From Eledone cirrhosa (taxonomy: Eukaryota): a DNA stretch of 64,000 nt. The DNA lies in the NCBI GenBank assembly GCA_964016885.1, contig OZ024740.1:147994001-148058000 (forward strand), given 5' to 3'. The position numbers and the translations under genes were made by a program. Below, in pieces: positions 12,000-25,490 of the stretch. Each line of letters starts with the position of its first letter. Positions within the stretch are counted from its first letter, which is position 1. A model generated the notes under the pieces. The model was not told the DNA's origin. It saw only the letters and a list, made by a program, of their open reading frames with translations, and searched no databases.

Positions 12000-12260
12000 G
12001 GGTCTTAGGGGGCTGCCGAAAGGAATTCAGGGAGTGCGGTACCAGTGACGTCACATCAGTGTTTGTGTGTCTGTCGCTTCCTCTTGGTCGTGTGTGGGCG
12101 TGTTATGATTGTGTGCGAGAGAGGCTCTGTATTTCTCGGCCAGACGTAAGTCACGTGGTTATCGGCGCAGGGACATTCAGTTTGGATTCAAGTGGAGACG
12201 CAAGATAAGTCCGTTCGTTTCCTCACCGCAGGTCTCAAAGATATGGTAGCTTTACATGCG
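12000..12260. promoter_or_regulatory. CpG-rich, promoter-like patch
   Basis: Perfect CRE TGACGTCA (12046-12053), CTTCCT, E-box GTCACGTG, GTAAGT donor at 12146, pyrimidine tract plus CAG ending at 12231; CpG-rich relative to flanks. Confidence 0.35.
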
Positions 12261-12632
12261 CCTTTATCGCTATGTATCGAAGCATATTAACACAGTTCTG
12301 ATATCAGAATGTAGCTCAACAAAAATAGGATGCGTTTTCCTAAAGGGCATTATCGTTTACGAGAGTAAGTCAAATGTATACTTAATGCAGGACGGAATTA
12401 TAACATCCGTCGAATTTTCGAATAGCAAATCCTATTGTTACTCCATTAAAATGCGATGGTAACGATTCCCGAGTCTGCTGCGACTCCCATATAACATATA
12501 ATAGGCATTTGCTACAACTAAGTAAACAGCTGATTTTACACCCAATAAATTCTGCAGATTTTTCAAAGCTCGATATACAGAATGCTTTTCCAGAAATGTT
12601 GTTAGTATCTAGTTAATTAATCACTATTGATA

Positions 12633-12807
12633 CAGACCTGCCAACCTCTAAAAAGTCAAACGGGGAGTACTATGAAAAAAAGTGCCCCGAGATGGGGAGA
12701 TTTTACACAATTAAATTAATACCCATTTTCACAAGAGAAGACCTCTCTCTCCTACCCCAAAGTGGGTGGAAGATCTACCCGTTGGACGGGGAGAGTTGAC
12801 AGGTCTT
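12633..12807. mobile_element. MITE-like element
   Basis: Terminal inverted repeats CAGACCTGCCAAC / GTTGACAGGTCT, flanked by TA. Confidence 0.55.
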
Positions 12808-13914
12808 TAATATGCCGTAGAGATTATTATGGTATAACTTCTTACCTTTTAGATTATTCAGTTTTGCCCATAATATTTCATGGTAAATCATCTCGTGTGG
12901 TCGCTTACCAAGGCTATATATATGCTTGTACAATTGGTAATCCAACTTGCAATAAATGTTTGCTGCAAATGTTACAAATATTGGTCAAATAGAATGCCAA
13001 ATTTATTGCTTCCAAGTGTTAAATCTTCGTTTTACAATTTCATTACTGAATAATTGTGTCAATTCAAATGGCTTCAAACCGGATCTCGATCGACTATCAG
13101 ATCCTACTGACTTTGCTAGCTTACGTTCTATGCTCAGTGCTATACAAATTGTGCTGCAGTAGGTGACTCCTCAAATTACATCCTCAGCGATATCAAATGA
13201 TCTTGTTTACGTAAAAAGAAATCAAAATTGGTTACCGATCCTTGGACTCTCAGACTTGATGTGTTAGAAAACGATGGTTACCCTCTACTATGGATTTCTA
13301 GACGTTTGTTTCAGAAGCTTTATCCATTTATTCGGCTGGTAAACATTTACACCATTATCTATTCAATAGATATTGCACTATTTTGACAGATCATAATGTA
13401 CTTCAATTCCTCTAGTTCGTAATAAATTCTTGCACGATGAGTCAGTGTTGGAGTGTTGATCTTAGTAGTAATTGTTACGACCTTGAACATCAAAATGCAA
13501 AATACCTTCAGTCAGTTTTTCTAGCTATTTCAACACTAAGTCTCCCTGATTCAATAAGGTTTTGCCTGCTTATCAAACCTCTACTTGTGAGTAAAAATGA
13601 TTTAATACGTGATACTCGATGTTATTTCGCAGACCTCGTTGGTTCCCCCTATAATACGAAGCATATTAGCGTTGACAAGATGAATTCGTTGGCTGCCTTA
13701 TGTTTCATGACCTGAGCCCCATGCTTACCTAACTTGACCCCCCCCCCCCACACACACACACACTGAAAATGTATTCCGTGTGTTCACAAAATTTCATAAT
13801 CTTGTTTCAAAAGAGACTCCTTGGCCACTATTTAATATTAGGCAACTATTCTTGCAGGTCAATGCCGTCCTTTTGTTAGAAATTGTTAAGCATCAATTAT
13901 TATTGATTCATTTG

Positions 13915-14100
13915 TGGATTGGTAGTATCGGTAGAGGATCGGACGCAATGTTTTGACGCAAAGACTTACGGCCCTTTCCATTCTGAGTTCAAATCCCACC
14001 GAGGTTAACTTTGCCTTTCATCCTTATGGGGTCGATAAAATAAAGTACCAGTAATACACTGGGTATTGCTGGCCTTGTGCCAAAAGTAGAAACAATTATT
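13915..14100 (+). mobile_element. tRNA-derived SINE family B
   Basis: A-box-like TGGTAGTATCGGTAGAG, B-box GAGTTCAAATCC, body CTTTGCCTTTCATCCTT..GGGGTCGATAAAATAAAGTACCAGT; multiple copies in the window. Confidence 0.8.
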
Positions 14101-15824
14101 GATTCATTTTTCAAATGACCAGTAATACATTTCACAATTTCATCGACAGCTGATTTCACAATTCATGTCTCCACAATGAACGTTCAGCAAAGAAGGTATT
14201 CCAACGGTATCAGTCGCAGTAACTGTGATAACAAAACAGGTTTTACTGCTTTGTGTGTTGTTGATATGTTAAATGTTATCTGTTGCAAAATTATTGTCAT
14301 TTCGCTACAACTACAATTCAATAGTCAAATATAAATATTAGTAAATCTATATAAGAACACATAATCTGGCCCCTGAACATGCCACAAATGAAGCGGAATG
14401 ATGGGTGGGACCCACGGATTTCCTTTCTCCAAGCCGGAGCTGTCTTTACCATTTAAAAAATAATTTCATGTCATCAACGAATCTGACCAGTCGGAAACGA
14501 CTAGCTTTGTAGAAAAGGGAGGAGAAAAGGTAGAGGAAGACCCTCAGAGTTTCGCAGATTTACATATCTCTCGAGTTTGATGGGAAATAGTTTTTTTCAT
14601 ACATTTTTTCGCGTGGTGTCGACGAATCTGACCCCAAACACCGTAACCACTACCACTAACCTCTAAACCCAATCATATCACTAACTTTAACCCTTACTGT
14701 ATCCTAATCCTAACCTTTCTGCGGAAAAATAATTATTTCCCACTGAAATCGAGAGGCGTTTTCTATAATAATACCGAAAAATGTGTTAAATCCTTCATAT
14801 CCATGATCATTTCTATGAAATCAACGACTTTCTAAGAACTCGAACACAAGTCCGACGTATTTTTATTTAAATTAGCCGAATAGCCGGCATTCAACTACGT
14901 TAGTCCGGCAATCATATTCTAGGTGAGATGTTTGGATTCTCTCGAAGTACTATTCGGGGAAATGATGATCATTCTAAACATGACATTAAAAAAAGAAACC
15001 TATAAGGACTCGCATGGTTGAGATTATTGACATTAGTAAAAACTTCTGTCATCGTCGGTATATTGACCATGTCAAATTTTACGTTGATGCGAAAACTTGA
15101 ATTACGTGAAAGGAAACATCTGTTTATTCTGAATCGAACGATTAATCAGAACAGCTTGCTTAATGAAATCTGAAAAATAGTACAAGTGGAGCAGTTATCA
15201 CACAAGTATCTTATTCAAACAGAAGAAACGAAAATTACTCGTAATACGACCACTGGTAATTGTTGCACTTTGAAAGAAGAAAAAAAACAAGATTAATTCA
15301 TTCCAAAACGTTCTCGGTGACGAAAAGATGAAAGCAATTCCACAGGAATAAATAAACAGGAACGATATAGTAATTGTTACCTATTGATAATACGTAGACT
15401 AGTCTGCGTCTATTTGTGAACTTTCCATATGTCGCCATGCTTCTCGCTTTCCCTAGTGTCACAACCTCTAAATACATATAGACTTCTACTGCTTGCGCGT
15501 ACACTACGGTTGTATATATATGTCTTATCAAATTATATTATTCCAGTACGTCCTGTTATAATTGGCATTCAATACATTTTTATGTTTTTTGTTTGTTGGT
15601 TTGCTTAAATTTGATTTATTGCTAGTTCTGAATGTAATGATTTATACCGAATAATGTTTTCTTTACTGGATTTATAAACTGATTATTTCGGGTTTCGGTT
15701 CATTCTAGTTTAATTTTGTTTTCTTGGTGGACAGTGGGTTTTGGAATATATGTACAAAACAGCCATCGAGTATGATGGTTGCGTGTTTATTGTTTGGTTG
15801 TTTTATTATTAAATGATCTACATG

Positions 15825-16270
15825 TGCAGTATCAGTAGAGTGTCAGACAACATGCGTTGCGGCATAGACTTATGGCTCTTTACCTTCTGAGTTCTAATCC
15901 CGCCGAGGTTAGCTTTGACTTCAATCCTTACGGGGTCGGTAAAATGAAGCACTAGTAATGCATTGGAGTCAATTTAATCGACTTTCTCGTCCCTAAATAT
16001 TGTTGGCCTTGTGCCTAAATCAGAAACCATTATTAAATGATCTACAAGTGCTGTGAATTGGCAGTATCGGTAGAGTGTCGAATAACATGCTTTGCGGCAT
16101 ATAGTTGCGGCCCTTTATGTTTTGAGTTCAAATCCCACTGAGGTTAGCTTTGCTTTTCATCTTTACGAACGTCGATAAAATAAAGTACCATTAACGTACT
16201 GAGGTCGATTTCATCGACTTTTCTCTTTCCTTTAAATTACTGACCTTGTGCCAAAAAGTAGAAACAACTA
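15825..16270 (+). mobile_element. Two tandem SINE family B copies
   Basis: Same consensus at ~15825-16035 and ~16050-16270. Confidence 0.8.
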
Positions 16271-18189
16271 TTATATGCTCTGCAGAGAATATATGGTGCT
16301 AATCTAACCGTTAGCCGAAACCTTTGACGAAAACTAAATATTGAGGGTTGATGAAGTTTGTCCTCTTAGCACTACTATAATGGCTTTATTTTTTATCATG
16401 TTTTCGTCTTTCTTTGAAATTTTTACATTTAGTTTAGATTTGATTCTGGTATTGTTGATAACACACGAAAGAATTAGTGATTAATTTGCTTGTGATGGTT
16501 GTTGATTTGTTGTGTTAAGTTGAGCTTTGTGGCTGAGCAATTGTTTTTGTGGTGGGTCTTGGTTAGTTTGGGTTTGTGGTATTAGTTTACTATACTCCTG
16601 TTGCTGAAAAGGATTATGATTATATATTTCATAAAATTGCAGGGAACTCGAACACAGAAATAGCTGTAAAATAGCCGGCTGCTATGATGATCATAAAAAA
16701 GAGTCGGGTTAAACAAAACCCCTTACTGATCGGAAAACAGGTCAAAGAAGAATAGAGAGAAAATTAGGAGGGAGAGAGAGTATGAAAGGAATAGAGTGTA
16801 TAGTATAAAATCAGAGTTGGGAGAGAGAAGAAAAGAGGGAATGAAAGTGATAGAGCGTGTAGTGTTAACATGGAAAAGTAAGAATGGGATGTGGAGAAAA
16901 GTAAGGTTGAATTACATAAAAGAACGAATTATAGCGTCAGATACCTATTCAGCTTCCTTCTAGCCAGAATTCATCATTTCTTATTGAAACATTTTGGCTC
17001 TTTACGTTCTGAGCTCATATCACGCTATGACCTACTAGAGTGGTAGACTTAATTTCTCACTACATTTAACACCCCAAACTGGTTCATGGGCGAGATACAT
17101 ATACCGTTATATTATTAAGTAAAATGCTTTTTTCGTCAAATGCACTTTTAACAAACTATTTGCAAAGAAAAATTCGTCAACAAAAATTTTTAACGAGACT
17201 GCAGTAACTTGAATAGGGCTTGAAAATATCAAAACCTCTAAATGTTGAGCCATGTTGTTGGATAGAAAACTTACAGTATAGAAGTTAACATCTGCAATCA
17301 CATAAATATGGCGTTTAATGTTAAGAATAGGTTCAAAATTCTTCTTCATAATAGTTTCTATGGCAATTATAACTTACTCTCCTATTGTATATGGCATTCC
17401 TTTTTTTGTTATGTTAAATGATATATTATAAGATACCTTCATGTACCATTTAAATATGACATAGTGACTCAAGAAAAGACATTAAGGTTCTCTTTGTTTC
17501 AAACCTTTAATTCGAAATCTAAAGAAATTAGAAACGTTTGTTTTATTTATCTGAATGCATCATTTCAATATCGTCCTTCATCTGCAAATGCTTCATTGCA
17601 TCATTTCTAAATGTCTTTTCACATAACTAATGTATAAGTATTGCCTCATTAATAATAGAAAGCACAAATCCAATTTTGTTTGTAAATATTGCCAATTTTG
17701 CTTTTCAATATTAGGATGTATGTGTTACCTCAGATCACTCGTTGTAAGAATGATTTTATTTCCAAGGGTGGTACACTTCTCGAAACTCTAATTTCAACTT
17801 GTTTTTAAATGAGAAGCGGGTGGCACTTCCATTTCAAAACCCTTTGTGGTTAATTGGCTTTTCATTCTTTCGGAGTTAATAAAATAAACACCAGCACAGA
17901 TAGGCGGAATTGTTAGCAGAATTTGATCTGGCTCTTTACATTCTACTTGGGTGGAAGACTTAATCCGTCACCGATTTTTATACGAGTTTCCTGTTTAAAG
18001 ATATTTTCCTCCCACCTCCTCACCATTCTCCGTGGAGCTAAAAAGAGTTGTGGACACGTTATTTCTAACCCTGGTTAATCAATAAAAGAAAGGGGGAGGA
18101 TTTCAAGTAAAAACGAAGAAAATATTTTGTTCAATAATACATTTAAATGAATTCAAAGCATTTTCACTTTCAGTCAATCATGTCTTCAT

Positions 18190-18300
18190 ATTTAACAGAG
18201 GTAACTGGTGATGCTCGTGAAGGCGCTTGGTTGTTCCAGCGCATCAGCCTCGCCATCACACAAGGTAACGCCGCGAGTGTGCTGGCTTGTCTAAACAAAT
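18190..18300 (+). mobile_element. CRE-like (restriction-like endonuclease) non-LTR element, C-terminal remnant
   Basis: TGDAREGAWLFQRISLAITQGNAASVL matches the conserved terminus of CRE-clade RLE domains. Confidence 0.6.
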
Positions 18301-18747
18301 CATTAGAGAGGTTTCCTAGTGCTCCTCGCCATATTATTATCTTTTGCTCTGGTAGTGGTTCGTTTGTCCACCCCTTTCACCTGCCTTTTGTTGTATGCGG
18401 TCCTAGATGTATGTATTACCTACTTGTGTGGTTTTTTCTTTTTTTCCTTTTTTCTTCTTTTCTTTTTTTCTCTTGCCCTTCTCTTTTTTAATTATTTGTA
18501 ATATTATTTATATACAAAATATACAGGAATTATGTATATGACTTATTTAAATTCTGAAATCTGCTATACATATACAACGCACATCTGTAGGACTTATATA
18601 TGGCTCTGGCCTATTGCTCTCTCTCATGCACACACACATTTAAAAGGTTAGTGACTTCAACTCCGTTATAGAAATGACCTGTTCACTTCTGGACGTATAA
18701 TGTACAAACTTTCCGTGTTTGTAGTTCATATCAAATTATATTATATC

Positions 18748-20070
18748 CAGTCGCGGCTCGTGTACAGCCACTGTGGACTGCAGCACCCTCTATTTTCGCT
18801 CGATATTATCGATAACATTCAATATGAGTCTTTTTTTTCCTCTAATTCTTTCTCTATAAACCTTAAGGTTAATGTCAGAACCCCTCGTTCATGAAATATT
18901 ACAAAATACCTTGTATGGAACTGTGTGCTTCACAGTTCCAACAATGAGCTGTTCTGCGCTTGCGCACATGTCTGAAGAAATAAACTGAACGCTGATTAGA
19001 AAGAGCACTGTCGCTCACGCTGTGCCGACCTAGTTTTCCGAGTGTTTATTTTTGACTCGGCGTGTGTTGTGCTTAAAAACTGTGTACCATATTCTTGAAT
19101 GTGATAAACGCTAGATGATTATCATGGTATTTAATTCATTTTTTTTTTCGGTTGTTTTGTTGTATAGAATATTTAAATAATTTAACCATGACCTCCTTGC
19201 AGCCGCAAGAAATAAGTTCTGTGACTGTAAGTTAACTTCAGCAGCTGAAGTCTCCATAGTTGTCTCACAATGAGAAACCTGATATTCAAATATCTCAGCC
19301 AGGAATAAGCAACAACAAGAGGTATAGTCGTAGCTTTAATTCGGAATGGAACCAATTGAAAAGTTGGCTCTGCGGCTGTGAAGTGAAAAATGCATTGTTT
19401 TGCTTCCCGTGTTTGCAGTTTGGAGGTGCTGTAACGTGGACAATAGACGGTTTTAGAAATATAAACAAAATGAAAGAAAAAACTGAAAAACATGCGAAGT
19501 CAAAGAAGCATGTTGAAAATGTGGTTTCACTGTCAGTTTTAGGAAACGTAAATATTAAGGAGAAACTTAGTGAGGCATACAGACTTTCGATCAATGAGCA
19601 TAACATGGTTAAAAAGAACCGTGAAATGTTATGCAGCAAGTATTACACGGACCGCAAGAATATTTTTCTCTAACATTTTGGCTCTTCCAACATTCTTTTC
19701 ACGATCACCACAACGCATATCAATTCTCAAGAATAATATGGACGTCAGTATTCCGCGTCCATCCTCTACAAGATAGAACTTTGACATATTGACTGTGAAC
19801 AGAGTTCAAGAAAATTTTCAACTTTTAAAAAGCTATCTTACTGAAATTCAGTCAACATCAAATGTAGATCAAACCATTGCAGAAGCAAGAGGAATTTTAA
19901 AATACCTAAATGATGATAATTTCGTATTTTGGTTAGAGCTTTTTCATCAGCTTATGTCTCATGTTGAAGTGATTTACAACCAAATGCAATCTCGAGAAAT
20001 TAGTGTGTTTAAAGCCAATGAATATATAACGAATTTCAAAACTGCTATTTTAGAAATAAGAAATAGAAAT
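18748..20070 (+). mobile_element. hAT DNA transposon remnant (TTF zinc finger, ZMYM1/Charlie-like transposase), internally deleted
   Basis: RSFNSEWNQLKSWLCGCEVKNALFCFPCLQF..W..GF..KH.KSKKH; AEARGILKYLNDDNFVFWL; candidate left end CAGTCGCGGCTCGTG at 18748. Confidence 0.75.
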
Positions 20071-20600
20071 ACTGTGAGTACAGGGAAGAGCAACACGCCT
20101 CATCCAGAGGTTCTCTTCACTACCCTACAATGAACGTTTTCCGGATTTTGGAACTCCCAACCTGGAGTATAGGAGGAAGAGGGCAGACATTATACACGTT
20201 TTTGAAATACTAAATGAGTTCGGTTAAGTACAGTACACTAGACCGTGTCCCATCTACGGCAATGCACTGTTCATAGAGGCACTCAGCAGGACTACCCGAG
20301 GACACAACCGGAAGATCCAGGTGCAACACCAGCCAAGTCCTAAGAACCACTTCTTTTCTGCACGTGCAATCAAACAATGAAACGACCTCAAACAAGAAAC
20401 AGTTGACGCACCTCCAGTCAACATTTTAAAGTCAGGGCTTGAGAAGGAGTGGACTAACCACCCACTCAAGTTTAACTATCGCTTCTCGTATTGATGCCCA
20501 TCTTGGGAGGCACCGTTACCAAGTGATGCTCGATATTCAGAAGAGGATCATCTGTACCTTGGTATGAGTCTAATTGCTCTTACCGGGTACCAAATGACCA
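20070..20600 (+). mobile_element. CR1-group LINE 3' fragment
   Basis: RRRRADII..F, TRGH, HFFSARAIKQWNDL..VDAP.VN..KS.LEKEW typical of the CR1 ORF2 tail. Confidence 0.7.
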
Positions 20601-20619
20601 TACTTAAGATATATACTTG

Positions 20620-20875
20620 CATCAACTCACAACACATAATCCTGTCGTATCATATTAGAGCATCAAATTACATCGTATAATATCATATTGTCTCAATTTA
20701 TATCACCGAATCAAATCGTATAGAATCAAATTGTATCGTGCCATATCGAATTTTTCACGAAATCGTATCGTATAGCAATACATCAAATAATATCATATAG
20801 AATCATCAAATCCTATCAAGACGTTAAATCACATCATCAAATAAAATCATCGAACAATATCAAAGAATCTATTGA
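20620..20875. repeat. Degenerate pentamer (ATATC/ATCGT) simple repeat
   Basis: Recurring ATCAT/ATCGT/ATCAA units. Confidence 0.5.
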
Positions 20876-21729
20876 AGGAATCGGAAGGTTTTAATGACCA
20901 GTAGTTTCATTCTAGTTTCATTCGAACTGAAAATCAGTTCAAACATTTTCGCTCTTAAATTTCCTAATGCATAACACTGATATATGTATGCTCTGGCACC
21001 CCTCCCCCTCTCTCAACCCCTTCATCTCTCTCTCTCTCACACACATTTTTACAATTCCGATATAGAAATGACCTCAGTTTGCGATGATTTGATGCTTTGA
21101 TATTATTTGATGATATTTATGGTTTGATTTGATACGTATTTTCATTGTTAATAAAATTGTAAAGCCTTCAACCACGGATATATTTAATTCATTTGTCCCA
21201 TGTATAAACCATACTTTAAAAAAAATTATTTCATTTACGTTCGTATCTATTTGATAACTTATTACAAAAATATTTCAGCAAATGTCATCCTGTTTCAGAA
21301 ATCACTGTGATAAGAAATATTTAGAAAAATTAAGCTGATACTCACTTGAAATAGACCACATCGTAAATGGCTTAGCGCCCATGCACCACAAAATGTTAGT
21401 TATATAGTCAACCTTTTGTTTTCAGACAACGTTTTTCTTTTTGTCAAATAACATGTACTTATGGCATTTTGACAAAAACAAATTGGTTCGTTGACTCACA
21501 TACAAATTCTGGTTCTCATGTCTTTGATAGAGATAGGAACTTATTGTCAATGATTAATCAAGGCTTCGATAATAGTTATAATAGTAAATTTAAAAAATTA
21601 TTAAAGCAACTAAATATCGCAAACATTATATAAAGTTATGAGTAAACAAAATTGAGAGGGGGACGCCACTCTGTAGTTATGCCCCTCTGTATGTTCTTCT
21701 GGTTTTATTATATGCTTAGTGGCTTAGAG

Positions 21730-21895
21730 TTACAGCCCCTTTACGTTCTGAGTTCAAATCCCATCGAGATTAACTTTGCCTTTCATCTTTACGGGGTCGA
21801 TAAAATAAAGTACCAGTAATGCACTGGCGTCGATTTAATCAACTTTTCTCTCCCCCAAATTTGCTGGCCTTTTGCCTAAATCAGAAACCATTATT
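21730..21895 (+). mobile_element. SINE family B copy
   Basis: Matches the consensus at 13915-14100. Confidence 0.8.
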
Positions 21896-22884
21896 TTATA
21901 GATTTTCACCAATAGAGAGAGAGAGCCAGTTTCTAATATAGAAGCAAGACGTATGTATGTCTGTATGTGTACAGGTATGGGTGATATTGCTTATGCGGGG
22001 TTGTATGTTTTGATTTATATGTGTACACGTCTATATGTTTCTGCATCTATACGTGTGTATATACAGTTATTACCAGCTGAATTTATGAAATGTTTTACAT
22101 GTATTTACAGTTCCATTAATGGGCTGTATTTGCAACTTCCTAACTAGCCGTGTTCTTTCTGGCTCTGTGCAGCCCAGCTTCTCAAGATTTGTATTGGAAC
22201 AGTTAGTAATATATCCAATAGACCCAATGCTTACAGGTACAAATCTTACAGGTATAGTCAGGATGGTATATGCAGATTCCTCATTTGTTCAGGATATATG
22301 TTCTTTTCGCTAATATTCTGCTAGACTGCTGATTTCCACAACTGTGCTTCCTTATATCTGGTCTGTTATATTTGCATTTCATTGCAGTTTTGACTGGAAC
22401 ATTCCACCAATACTTTTTCATATTATGCATATGACTTCCTCATTGCTGTAACTTTTTATATTTTTATTCTCAGGATAATCCTTTCTACAGATTGCATTGC
22501 ATAGTATTTTGGCTACTACATCATGCCTCATAGGTAGATAATATCCCGATTACATCTTTTGACTGCTGCTTATGATATGGGTGACATCCTTGATGTTTAT
22601 TCTGCAGACTCAACATCTGTTGTCACATCTAGGTGTCTTGCCTATAACCCTATCTCTTTGTGCATTAAAATCCTTTAAAGTGAGAGCTAATATACCGGTT
22701 GTTGGTCCAAGATAGATTACTTTGCTTATCTATATTACTTTGAGGCTATCTGGCAACATAGTCATGCATGATGTTTTTTGCTAATAAGCATGCAGCCTTT
22801 CATCCATGGACTCATTACAGTATTGCTGTGCAACTTCAGTGTGAGTTTTTGGTGATCATGCAGGGAGTATTTCTCAAAGAACCT

Positions 22885-23371
22885 TGTAGAGACGTGGTTA
22901 GTCAGTCTGGTCACTACTTCTGATCATATCCGAGAATAGCCCTTAAAAGGACTGTTATCGCATACGGTCTGATCGGATCTGAGGGTAGCCCTTAAAAGGG
23001 CTGTTGTCTCATACGGTAAGGATGAACAGACGAAAGCACAAGTTGAAAGGACGAGCCAGGCGAGAGATGTAGTTTCGGTTAGCTATTTATTTTCATACAT
23101 GAAGCGACGATACAGAGGTACAAGGCGTGCTTGAGTGACAAGCGTGGCAGAGGAGAGGAACAACGATACGCTAGCTGACTCTGCCAAAGGTCGACTGGCG
23201 AAAGTGTTTGGAATCACTCTATTTATACAAAAATAATCGTTTGATGTTTAGCCGCTGCGTAGGCGTTTTATTTTGGTGGCTTTAGGGGTTATTTGTTTCA
23301 CGGTGAGGTAGCTAGCTAAGCAGATAGATGGAGCTGTTTATTTCACAGAAGTTATTTCCGGTGGCTGTACA
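22885..23371 (-). repeat. 3' LTR
   Basis: Direct repeat of 28195-28681 (about 17 substitutions by manual count); PPT GGCAGGGGGATAA adjacent on the minus strand. Confidence 0.95.
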
Positions 23372-24303
23372 TTATCCCCCTGCCAGATCTTTTGTACAAC
23401 AAAAGAACGAAATATCGTATAGTAATGAGCCAGTGGTGCATTTGTCATGACAATAGCCCAAGGTGTGTCCACCACGTTGTGAAGTTTGGTGATCATCGAG
23501 TATATGACAGAGTCGATGTAGAGATGATATGGCAAGATGTGTGTGTCAGGAAGAGAGAAAAAAAAACTATAAAATGACTGACCAGATTTATGCAGGCGTG
23601 ATGAATGAGCCTGTTGCTATTTGGATTGAGCTGCCTGTAAATTGCGTGACAAGAAGTCTAACAGGGCAGTGAAAATAACCGTAATGTGTGAACTGAATGG
23701 CCGTAAGCATGTTGCCTAAAAGTACCAGTTTGCTCCACAGCATATGACTTGAGCGAATGCATGTGGTAAAAAATAGCGAGGCATTCTCGAGCTATTGAGT
23801 GAATGAGTACGTGAAAAAAAAAAGAATGCCAGTGTTTTGAGGATGCCAGCGATTTGTGAAATGCGTGGTCAAAGAGAAAACAGTTTGTAGTGTAAGAGTT
23901 AGAGGGACAAAAATATCTACTGCTCAGTGTATGAACCAAAAGGTGAAACAAACGTGGTTGTGTAGTGCGCATGAAAAACAGAATATGTACACACTTTGTA
24001 TGTATATAAAAATTATGGCAATTACACAATTAATGTTGCAGACAAGAAAAAAAAAGATTTTTGCCAAACAAGGGAGAGAAGAATAAAAAAAGAAGAAAAA
24101 TGGTATACACAATGTTTGTTCTTGAATAGTGTTTGTAATAGATAATGTTCATAATAAATAATGTTCTTCGTGACATGAGCACATGGTCACTAAAAATTGC
24201 AATTGTTCAAGCAGAAAGTTCATTGTATTTGAAACTGGAAATAGTATACACAAGGAAAATGGAAATGTTTTGCAAGAAGAATGATTAAGAAACTCACTTG
24301 AGG

Positions 24304-25490
24304 TTAACGGTAATTCACATATTGTGCCAACTTGGCGGGCCAATGGACACGTCGTCCACTTCTCGTGACTGGAGATGAAACAGGTGGCTTGCTGGGACAG
24401 CAATCTGTTGGAGTTTCTGGTGCAGAGACTGTGACAGTATCCCTGATGGCTTTTTTTAATCTGTCCACGCTGACAGAATTCTGTTTACCATCTAGATCGA
24501 GAATGAAATATTTCGGATATTTTTTTAGAACACGATAAGGGCCAGAATATGGAGGTCGAAGATGAGCTGAGATGGTGTCGTTTCGAACGAAAACGTGTGT
24601 CCAATCTTTAATGTCTGAAGGTACGTGTGTGGCCGTGTTCTGTTGACGGGTGCTTGCAGGAGCAAGGTGAGACATATATTGTCGAAGACAGTGTACGTAT
24701 GATCCTGGGTCTGGAACATCCTGAGGAGAGATGGGAGCAACCATATGACCAGGTAGAATCAGGGTGGTGGCGTACACTAATTCTGCAGGTGTGTGTCCGA
24801 ATTCCTCCTTAACGGTGGATCGAATGCCCAGAAGGATGAGTGGCAGGTATTCAAACCAGTGGGTCTTGTCTGGATATGCTTTTATTGCAGCTTTCAATTG
24901 GCGATGGAATCTTTCCACGAGACCATTAGCTTGCGGGTGATAAGCTGTCGTGCGGATGTGTTTACATCCTAACAGGCGAGTCAGTTCCCTGAAGAGGTGG
25001 GAGTCAAACTGGCGTCCTCTGTCCGTTGTTATCTTCGCTGGGGCGCCATAACGTGATACCCAGTGTAAAACCAAAGTTTTAGCGACTGTTTCCGCTGAGG
25101 TATCACTTATGGGAAAAGCCTCAGGCCAACGGGAAAAACGATCTATGCAGGTGAGAAAGTGTGTGCAGTTCTGTGATGGTGGTAGAGGTCCGACGATGTC
25201 GATATGCACATGATGAAAACGTTCATCAGGTTGCGTGAATGTGCCGAGTGGAGTTTTGATGTGTCTGTGGACTTTGGCTTTCTGGCAGGCAATGCAGCTC
25301 CTGGACTAGTCGCGCACGTCCTTGTAAGGTCGTTCATGACCGGTAGAAAGGTCGCACCAAATTTGTCCCGGAGAAGAAAGAATGGGAACTTGCTGAAACT
25401 TGAGGGATGGCGAATCTCGGAGCTTGATAAACTCTTCGTCAGTCTCTTGGTCAGCTGCGATCTGTTGAAGGTCGATGCCTGAATGTACAT
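24304..25490 (-). pseudogene. Gypsy integrase (frameshifted)
   Basis: [36 protein letters not shown] motif, VSVDRLK. Confidence 0.92.

Noticed and set aside
12120-12320. Spliceosomal snRNA (TTCTCGGCC resembles the start of U2)
   Set aside because: No further match to U2 or to other snRNAs
14630-14720. Interstitial telomeric repeat
   Set aside because: CTAACC-like units are too degenerate to call
22915-23040. Hammerhead in the Gypsy LTR
   Set aside because: Hairpins and a CGAAA are present, but no CUGANGA core with matching helices
23372-24303. env gene
   Set aside because: Only short, low-complexity ORFs; no signal peptide or transmembrane architecture
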